Shown in pieces: positions 12,738 to 22,159 of a DNA stretch of 64,000 nucleotides (its first letter is position 1; each line of letters starts with the position of its first letter). The notes beneath the pieces are model-generated. The model did no database searches. It was not told where the DNA came from and was given only the letters and a program-made list of their open reading frames with translations. The position numbers and the translations under genes were made by a program. This stretch comes from Mobula hypostoma (Eukaryota), in NCBI RefSeq assembly GCF_963921235.1, contig NC_086097.1, positions 157,296,001 to 157,360,000 of the forward strand, written 5' to 3'.

Positions 12738-12789
12738 TGTTTCTTGTAAGTTCAGTTTGTTCTCCCTAGGACCAATCAGCCTTGATATC

Positions 12790-14420
12790 ATCAAGCCCTT
12801 GTTTCAATATGGTCTAAAGAGTTCATATGCTAACTTGATGTCAAGGAGCGTTATCAAGGTGAGGGTTTGACTCCTTGGCATCAAGTTAGCGTCTGAGTGA
12901 GTTTTACGTCACTGGGCCCAGGTAAAATTGAAGTTATATACATACACACAATAGCATTTCATTCACTGCAGTCATATATCACACAAAAGGAAGTGGTAGT
13001 GGATATTGAATTCAGTCCTCTCAGCTTTAGAACATTAGCACACGAGTTCCTCAGAATCGTGCGCTAGACCCAAGCACCTTCAGTGGCTTCAAGGACCTTC
13101 TTCAATTATATGGTCATCTGCCGGCTGATGCCGAGGATGTTCTACGAGTCTGTGGTGGCCAGTGCTATCATGTTTGCTGTTGTGTGATGGGGCAGCAGGC
13201 TGAGGGTAGCAGACACCAGCAGAATCAACAAACTCATTCGTAAGGCCAGTGATGTTGTGGCGATGGAACTGGACTCTCTGATGGTGGTGTCTGAAAAGAG
13301 GATGCTGTCTAAGTTGCATGCCATCTTGGACAATGTCTCCCACCCGCTACATAATGGACTGGTTGGGTACAGGAGTACATTCAGCCAGAGACTCATTCCA
13401 CCGAGATGCAACACAGAGCGTCATAGGAAGTCATTCCTGCCTGTGGCCATCAAACTTCACAACTCCTCCCTTGGAGGGTCAGACACCCTGAGCCAATAGG
13501 CTGGTCCTGGACTTATTTCCTGGCATAATTTACAAATTACTATTTAACTATTTATGGTTTTATTACTATTTAATTTTTTATGGTGTAACTGTAACAAAAA
13601 ACAATTTCCCCCTGGGATCAATAAAGTATGACTATGACTATGACTATGATTGTGCATGTTACTATTGATTGTCCAATTTAATTCAAAGCTCCTCAGAAAA
13701 TAGCACAATCCATGCCTGTCTGCAAGAAAACGTCATCAACATTCAGACCCAGATTGACAAGTAGAAAGTGACATTTGTGCCATGAAAGTGCCAGGCAATA
13801 ACCAGCTCCAGCAAGAGAGTCTAATTCCTGACCACTGATACTCAATAACATCATCATTGTATTCCCCTGCCAATAATATACTGAGGGCCACCATGGACAA
13901 GAAAAATCATCTTGATCAGTCTCGTAAATATTGTTACAATAAAAACAAATCACAGACTAGATATCCTACAATGAGTGACATCTCAGAGTCTCTCTGCCAT
14001 ATCCAACACACCAGTCTGGAGTTTGGCAATCCACTTCTATGTATTGGTTCTGCTCCAATTATCCAAGATGCTTGGCACCATTCTGAACCAAGGCAGCTAA
14101 CATTGTTTAACTCCTCATCCACCATCTAAGAACTCACTCCATAAACCATTAGCATATAGTGGCTGCAAAGCCCCCATCCACAAATTATAGTTCAGGTTAC
14201 TCCAGAAACATCTCTCAAACCTGTAACTTTTATCATCAATCAAGGGCAAAGCTTCATGTTCATCTATGTTTCCCATCAGGATATATACTATTCAGAACTA
14301 AAAGCACATCAATGTTCCTTCAATGTTGTTGGATCTTAATTCTGGAGCTCACTACCGAACAGCACTGTGGGAACAAAACTAGAAAAAGCTGTTGTAACTC
14401 AGTCGGTCAGACTGTATCTC
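12790..14420 (+). mobile_element. Old CR1/L2-type LINE RT remnant, split by a Rex/Babar insertion
   Basis: Degenerate RT segments on both sides of 13110-13648 (ccttggcatcaag; gttcctcagaatcgtgcgctagaccc; gtgccaggcaataaccagctcc). Confidence 0.5.
13110..13648 (+). mobile_element. Rex/Babar-type LINE 3' end
   Basis: MFYESVVASAIMFAVV...KLHAILDNVSHPLH...TERHRKSFLPVAIKLHN, followed by aataaag and an (ACTATG)n tail. Confidence 0.85.
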
Positions 14421-14734
14421 AGTCAAATATTAAGTCTGCAACCTCTCAGCAGAAGTGGTGATCTCAATCTCTTTGCTATATTTTGCTTTGCCTGCATTTT
14501 GTCAATTTCTAATACTTTTTTTCTTTCTGCCACCTTAGAAGGCTACTGCTATATAAAAGAGTGAAGCATAACTCTCCTAAAATAAAATAGTACATATCAA
14601 AGTTTCAGGAGGATATCACTCCAAAATATAGAGTAAAATCTTGTACAAAGGATAATAGTTGTGGTTGTTGGGACTCAGTACTTTCTTCTCGTCTCTTCCA
14701 TAAGGTAGAAATTTCAAAAGCATAATATGCATAG

Positions 14735-16708
14735 CTCCCCATGATTATAGATTTCATTTGATATTTCTGTTATTTTCTCTATTCCAAATCTTCTAAGGCC
14801 AGTATCATTTCAACAGTGATGTTGTCTGGACCAGTTGCTCTGTTAGGTTTTGTTTTATTTACGGCTGCTCGAATTTCTGATTTTAGAATGCTAGGTCCTT
14901 CAAGATTCTTCTTTATGTTTGGTTTTTCTCCTCTTTGGCCTTCAAAAAGTTCTTTTATATATTCTGCTTTGTCCATCTGTTTAGGATTTCCTTTTTGTTC
15001 ATAATTAAGCTGCCATCTTTTGCCTTGATGCATCCATTTGCTGAGCAAGGTAATTTCCCCGTTAGTTCTTTAATCTTATTGTGCATCAGCTTTGTTCCAG
15101 GGTTATGGGTTTGTAGCATTTCTATCTCTGAGCATTTCTCATTTAGCCATCTGTCTTTAGCTTCTCTGCATCTTCTTTTTATTGTCTTATCAAGTTGTTT
15201 GTATTCTTCGCTGTCTCTTAGTTTGATGATCTGTTTTTGTTTCATCAATTGTATTATATCTTCAGTTATCCATCTCTTCTTACTTTTCCATTCTTTTCTT
15301 GGGATTGTTTCTTTTGCAGCTACAACCATCTACAAATGAAATCTATGATCATGGGGAGATACCTGATGATTTAAGTAAATCAGTGTTCATCACACTTCCA
15401 AAGAAAGAGGGAGCAACAGAATGAGTTACATCGTACAATAACCCTGATGAGCCACGTGGCAAAATTATTCTCAGAGTAATCATGATGAGAGCAAGACACT
15501 GTATAAAATCAGAAATCAGTAAAGAACAATGCCTCTTTGTGGAAAACACTGGAACCAGAAACACAATTTTCATGCTAAGGATGATCTGTGAACGAGCCAT
15601 CCAGGTATAAAAAGATATCTAACTATGTTTCATTGACTATACAAAAGCTTTTGACACTGTCAGACAGCAAGATCTTCTGGAAAGGTTTCAAGATCTTGAC
15701 ATAGATGGGAAATATATACGTTTCTTAAGAAACTTATACTGGAACCAGACAGCATCCATCAGAATAGAAGGAGAAGTGAGTGAGTATGTGAATATCATGA
15801 GAGGAGTCAGGCAAGGTTGTGTCTTTTCACCAGACTTATTCAACCTGTACAGTGAAAATATCTTGAGAAGTATCAAAGACATCAAAGGATTCACAATTGG
15901 AGGCCATAATTTAAATAACATCAGATATGCTGATGACATCGTACTAATAGCTGACTCAGAAACAAAACTTCAAGAACTTCTCACTATAGTGGCAGCAGAA
16001 AGTAATCGCAGAGGCCTCTCAATCAACACCAAGAAGACAGAAAGCATGGTCATCTCCAGAAAGATAAACATCCCACAATGTGTGATCAAGATCAGAAATA
16101 CAAACATCAAACATGTCAACAAATTCAGATATCTTGGCAGCCTAATAACAAGTAATGGCAGGTGCGACACAGATTATCAAATACAGAATAGCAATGGCGA
16201 AAGAAGCTTTCCAAAAAATGAAGACCATATTAACAGACAGAAAGATGAGCATGTACACTAAAAACAGAATACTGCAGTGCGACATTTATTCTATCCTGAC
16301 TTATGGAAGTGAATGCTGGACCATTTCTTCAGCAATGGAAAAGAGACTAGAAGCAGCTGAATTATGGTTCTACAGGAGAATGTTAAAAATATCATGCACC
16401 ACACACACATCAAATGAAGAAGTTCTCAGAAGAGCCCAAGCAGTTCGATCACTCATACCAACAATAAGAGAAAGACAACTCGGATTCCTAGGACACATCA
16501 TGTGGAAAGATAAACTAGAAAAACTCATACTCTCTGGAAAGTTCGAAGGGAGCAAACCTAGAGGAAGACCTCGGCTTATGTACATCAAAAGCATAGCCAG
16601 GTGGCTACACATCGAGGAAATGGAAGTCATCAAAAAAACGAAGGATCGATCTGTATGGAAAATCATGGTCACCGAAGTCCGCATCGGATATGGTACCTAG
16701 ACAGACAG
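14735..16708 (+). mobile_element. RTE-clade LINE, 5'-truncated, with an inverted 5' segment (14735-15330)
   Basis: RT motifs FIDYTKAFD, GVRQGCVFSP, IRYADD, FRYLG and C-terminal RGRPRL; (AGAC)n tail; upstream part (ATGPDNI) lies on the minus strand. Confidence 0.92.
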
Positions 16709-17000
16709 AATACACATATCACCAAGCTCAAGAGCAGCTTCTACCCTACTGTGATAATACTACTAAGTAATTTCTTGGAACAATAAGTTAGACTCTTGGC
16801 CTCAATAATTTTGCACCTTGTTGATTCCTTGCACTGCATTTTCTCTGTGGCTGTGGTACTTTATTCTGTCCTGTTATTCTTTTACCTTTTTCTATGTCAA
16901 TGTACTGTGTAATAATCTGATCTGTATAACAGTATACAAGAAAAGCTTTCCAGTCTCCCTCAGTACCTGTAGCAATGATAAAGTAATTCCAGTTCTATTT
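16709..17000 (+). mobile_element. Old Rex/Babar 3' end interrupted by the RTE (other part ~14680-14733)
   Basis: TKLKSSFYPTVIILL resembles the Rex C-terminus; left flank ttctcgtctcttccataaggtagaa resembles FSxLPSGRR. Confidence 0.55.
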
Positions 17001-17120
17001 CCAATCATTTAAGCATCAGCACATCATTACAGAAATTCTTCAGAAATAATATAAGAATTTAAGAATTAAGAGTGCAAATATGCCAAACAGCCTTTAGAAT
17101 CTGATCATGGTTGGTTTAAT

Positions 17121-17350
17121 CACAAACAGGAGAAAATCTGGAGATGCTGGAAATCTGAGCAACACACACAAAATGCTGGAGGAGCTCAGCAGGCCAGGCA
17201 GCATTTATGGAAAAGAGTAAACAGTCAACGTTTCTGGTTAAGAACCTTCATCATCCTGACAAAGTGTCTCGGGCTGAAACATCGACCATTTACTCTTTTC
17301 CACAAATGCTGCCTGGACTGCTGAGTTCCTCCAGAATTTTGTGTGTGATA
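17121..17350. mobile_element. Fold-back mini-element of two opposed Penelope termini, inserted in a CR1 tail (~17050-17545, minus)
   Basis: Inverted arms of roughly 90 bp centred near 17254; 11-bp TSD gttggtttaat at 17110-17120 and 17351-17361. Confidence 0.88.
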
Positions 17351-19324
17351 GTTGGTTTAATTCTCAGTCTCAACACCTTCCTGCCCCGTTTCTTGGTTTT
17401 TTGATTCCCCTGGTCCAATAAATCTATTTATCTAACTCTTGAATATGCCTAACAGGTCTGTGTTCACAGATCTCTGGCAAAGCGAATTCCCAAATGGATT
17501 CACAGACTGCTGAGTAAAGAAATTCTTCCTCATCCTTGTCTTAAGTGGACTGTATTAGAACACGAAACATAAAACAGTATAGTATAGTGCCTGTGATACT
17601 GTATCAGCCTTTTAACATACTCCAAGATCAATCCAACACTTACCTCTCTCGTAGTCCTCCATTTTTCTTTCATCAATGTAATTTGGACATTAATCAAAGA
17701 TTGTGTCCCTTTTGGAATATTCCCTTGAAATTATTCTCATGGAATTTTTCCTTTCTTCCACCCAACCCTTGTTCAGCTTGCAGCCATGTTTCTGTAATCA
17801 TAACTTCTTATCTCTGTTTGTGTATATATTGTTGTGAATACTTATTGCAATCATAAAGCAAGTATTTCATTTTGATATCATGATTTTTTTTGGTTCCATA
17901 TTGTTTCACTGCTACACCATGACCTGTCCCTTCCCTGTCAACATCTGCTTCTGTTTTACCAATGTCACCACACTGTACAACTGCCCTTTTCTTATCAACT
18001 TTCTAGTTTACTTATTTGTCGAACTATCTGTGCTTCCTTCCCTTTCCTACCATCTCAAACTGTGTTCCAAAACTGCATGCCATTCAGTCCTCCTGAATAC
18101 AACAACAGGGTCACTCTATTCTCAGTTGCATTTCAAGAAGATAATGTAGATAACCATCATTATTGTTGAATACTGCATGTTACTGCTGAAAATATTAGTT
18201 TCTACAGCAACAATACTTGATTACTATTCTGTGGCACCTATTTATTCATTAGAAACACTAATATTGATGGAAAATGACTCAAATTAAGGAAACCTGCTAC
18301 ATTTTGAAACCTCATCAAGTTCTTTAACTGATATACTTTTAACAATAGAGTGCCCTGAAATGATTCTCCTACCTTCAATTATTGCTTCCGTTATGGTGAC
18401 AACAAACAGCTCTGCTGTTTTTTTTATGTTTAATCATGTTTAATGCATTTGTAAAAGAACTCTTTTTTCACCTCAGTCATTGTGTTTTTCTTTGTTCAAT
18501 TCAGTCAGCAGTCTAACTCTAACAAGATTTCTGTACAAGGAATACAACATGTTTATTCGTGGATCATGTGGGTAACACTTGGCTCAGACTGGGAGTTCTG
18601 TACATCTAGTATTACAGAATCTATGCAACACAGGAAGCAGGTATTTATTTGGTCTATCAAGTGTAGCAGCTCTTTGCACTCCATTCCCCAACTCTTGAAG
18701 TGTAACTTTACAAAATATTTTCCTCATATACACATCTAATTCACTTCAGAGAACCCTGACTGATATTCAGTCCTTCTATCGATCATCCTTTCAGTCTGAG
18801 CACTTCGTCACAAGTACTCTCTGCCTCAGGAAGCTTTCCTTCACCACACTATTTCATTGGTCATCATTTTAACATTACTATTTTTCTTTGATTCTGTTTT
18901 CTCACTCATCCCTTCAACTATTTACGATCAGCTTTCCTCCACTTATCATATGGTACTGGTAGGCTGGAAAGGCAAGATGTCGGGATTAGAGGTAAGGCCC
19001 GGGCCGATTCTCCTCGCTCTTCCATGGTGTTGACTCCTCTCTCTGCGGTGCTGAGACTGTGAGGATGCTCCAGCTGCTGTGCGCGCACCAAGTGTCTGTA
19101 AGCTTTGTAATGATTTGCCCCGCTATATGATAAACTGAGATCGAGGCTTTGGGCCTACTCGGAGATTCAGGACTACTATGGACTCAATCTGGTTCGGAAT
19201 GCTGTTGCTCAATCTTATTATAGAAAATACACAATAGGTGCAGGAGTAGGCCTTTCGGCCCTTCGAGCCAGCACCGCCATTCACTGTGATCATGGCTGAT
19301 CATCTAGTATTTACAGATGATTCA

Positions 19325-19961
19325 AAAGGGGGAGGGGGGGAAAACCCAAAGGATGGGCAAGGGGTATAATCAGAGGGACAGAGGGAAAAAAAGGAGAAAG
19401 AGAGAACGAATGTGTGTATATAAATAAATAACAGATGGGGTACGAGGGGGAGGTGGGGCATTAGCGGAAATTAGAGAAGTCAATGTTCACGCCATCAGGT
19501 TGGAGGCTACCCAGACAGAATATAAGGTGTTGTTCCTCCAACCTGAGTGTGGCTTCATCTTTACAGTAGAAGAGGCTGTGGATAGACATATCAGAATGCG
19601 AATGGGATGTGGAATTATAATGTGTGGCCACTTGGAGATCCTGCTTTCTCTGGCGGACAGAGCGTAGGTGTTCAGCAAAATGATCTCCCAGTCTGTGTCG
19701 GGTCTTGCCAATATATGGAAGGCCACATCGGGAGCACCGGACGCAATATATCACCCCAGCCAACTCACAGATGAAGCGTCACCTCACCTGGAAGGAAATC
19801 AACATATTATTCTCCGTAACTTCCGCCACCTCCTACGGGATCCCATCACTAAGCACATCTTTCCCTCCCCCCCCCGCTTTCCTCAGGGATTGCTCCCTAC
19901 GCGACTCCCTTGTCCATTCGTCCCCCCCATCCCTCCCCACTGATCTCCCTCCTGGCACTTA
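19325..19961 (-). mobile_element. Penelope fragment (GIY-YIG) with inverted 5' segment
   Basis: ORF 19461-19763 GVIYCVRCSRCGLPYIGKT; 19799-19961 is the reverse complement of the region equivalent to ~11676-11840. Confidence 0.92.
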
Positions 19962-20588
19962 TAGACAATAGACAATAGGTGCAGGAGTAGGCCATTCGGC
20001 CCTTCGAGCCAGCACCGCCGTTCACTGTGATCATGGCTGATCATCCATAATCAGTATTCAGTTCCTGCCTTATCCCCATAATCTTTGATTCCTCTATCTT
20101 TAAAAGTTCTATCCATCTCTTTCTTGAAAGCATCCAGAGACTTGGCCTCCACTGCCTTCTGGGACAGAGCATTCCACATCTCCATCACCCTCTGGGTGAA
20201 AAAGTTTTTCCTTAACTCCATTCTAAATGGCCTACTCCTTATTCTTAAACTGTGGCCTCTGGTTCTGGACTCACCCATCAGCAGGAACATGCTTCCTGCC
20301 TCCAGCGTGTCCAATCCCTTAATAATCTTATATGTTTCAATCATATTCCCTCTCATCCTTCTAAATTCCAGTGTATACAAGCCCAGTCGCTCTGATCTTT
20401 CAACATATGACAGTCCCGCCATCCCAGGAATTAACGCAAACACGAGGAATTCTGCAGATGCTGGAAATTCAAGCAACGCACATCAAAGTTGCTGGTGAAC
20501 GCAGCAGGCCAGGCAGCATCTCTAGGAAGAGGTACAGTCAACGTTTCAGGCTGAGACCCTTCATCAGGTTAATCCCGGGAATTAACCT
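19962..20588 (-). mobile_element. Young CR1 3' end, interrupted by a Penelope terminus
   Basis: IPGMAGLSYVER...RTRGHSLRI...FFTQRVMEMWNAL; (CTATTGT)n tail. The tail is also present at 19221-19303. Confidence 0.92.
20436..20571 (-). mobile_element. Solo Penelope terminus with hammerhead core
   Basis: Near-identical to 10844-10976; 15-bp TSD atccc(a/g)ggaattaac at 20421-20435 and 20572-20586; minus strand CTGATGA-AGGGTCTCAGCCT-GAAA-CGTT-GACTG. Confidence 0.9.
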
Positions 20589-21494
20589 TGTTTGCATGAT
20601 TCATGTTCTTTCCCCTCTTTCTCTGCGCATTGAGTGTTTTTTTTTAATTGGGTTCTTTCAGGTTTCTTCCTTTGTGGCTGCCTGTAAGCAGACGAATCTC
20701 AAGATTCCATAATTTATACATATTTTGATAATTAATGTACTTAGTTTGAATTGTAATGTAACATGATTTTGTGTAATGCTGTCTGAGCTTTTTTTCAGCG
20801 TTTTATGCCCCAAGGAAACTATCCCACCTTCTCTAGTGTAACTTTAAATGTTAGACTGGAGGGTTCAACAGCTGAAATACTTAAACACGAAAGCATCCTG
20901 ATAAATCTTTTTGCCACCTTTTTGCAGGCATTCAGATGCTTTCTAAACTGTATTAACTAGGACTAGATACAATACTAAATGTGTTGCCTAACCAAACTCA
21001 TCACAACCTCCCTCTTTTTAGAAGATGGAACACAGTACAGTACAGCAAAGGGAAAGGCCCTGTAGCCCATCATACTTGCACTGACCATGATTTAGTAGGA
21101 CATTTATGAAACCCAGGATATGACATGCTTTGATCATCATTCTCTCAACTCTACTGCCACTTATTTAGGCACATAATTTGATAAGGTAATGAATGAAGAG
21201 AAACACTTAATTTTCACATATCTGCAACCATGTTCCTTTTATGTTGAATACTAAAATACTCAAAGCTTTACCATAATTGAGGCTTGGAAACTGAGATAAA
21301 GACAACGTTAAAAGAACTATTAATGTTAAATGGAGGCACAAGAAATGGCAGATGCTGACATTTGGGGAAAACAAAAATGTGCCAGGCAGAATCTGTAGGG
21401 AGAATTAGACAGCGGTATTCTGGGAAGACTGTCCATTTCCTTTCACAGATGTTGCCTGACCCACTGTAAATCTTCAAGCAGCATTTTTTTGGCT

Positions 21495-21840
21495 CTTGAT
21501 GTCTGGTGGGCAAAGGAAATGCTTCAAAGATAACATCAAAAACAGGCTGAAAAACATTAGATCTAAAATCTGGGAAGACATTGCACTCCATAGATCCACC
21601 TGGAAGAAATCTGTTCAAGAGGGAGCTGCACTACATTAGAGCAACCTCCACTGTGTCACAAAGAACAAATGGCAGCTGCGGAAGGAGAGACTGAACAACC
21701 AAAGGGCTCAACCACGAACCACAGCCAAAATTTTCTCTTGCTGACACCCACCAAAATGTGTAGATACCAGATCGGCCTCTACAGCCACCTGACAGCCAGT
21801 AATAGACAATCCTTTGGGGGAACATACTAGACTCGACAAT
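21495..21840 (+). mobile_element. Degraded RTE 3' end
   Basis: Degenerate FKDNIK...WEDIALHRSTWKKSVQEG...IGLYSHL. Confidence 0.65.
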
Positions 21841-22159
21841 AATAGTAGTGCTATTACTCAAGTGTTAAATTTTGGAGTTGAGTTACTATGATATGTGGCA
21901 TATTGAGACCCACAATTTCACCTTAGCATAATTTTAGAGGTGGTTGATCAAGATGTAATGGTTATAAGTAATATATTGATTTATAAATAAGTGGCAAAGG
22001 GTCTTGATATTCTGCCTTCTTCATTTCACCTTCTTACCTTCTCTGTTTATGTAGTCCCTTATATTCCAGTACATGAATTCACCTTTCACACTCTCCTCCA
22101 TACCCATGGAATTTCATGGCCCACTTCAATATTCAACCTCACTAGATAAACCATAAGAC

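Larger units (their letters stand above)
10843..12741 (-). mobile_element. 5'-truncated Penelope-like retroelement (RT, C-terminal domain, GIY-YIG, terminal repeat), frameshifted
   Basis: RT motifs MDVQSLYTS, KGVAMG and FLRYIDDC (~12320-12340); GIY-YIG VLYYVRCSRCGLLYIGET (11303-11593); 13-bp TSD tcttgtaagttca at 10830-10842 and 12742-12754. Confidence 0.95.
18957..20750 (+). mobile_element. Unclassified ~430-bp non-coding repeat split into 18957-19220 and ~20588-20750 by nested insertions
   Basis: Both halves align in order to the uninterrupted copy at 44460-44888. Confidence 0.8.

Noticed and set aside
15444..15465. CTGATGA-GCCACGTGGC-AAAA hammerhead-like string
   Set aside because: Lies in RTE coding sequence (LMSHVAK), has no loop in stem II and lacks GAAA.
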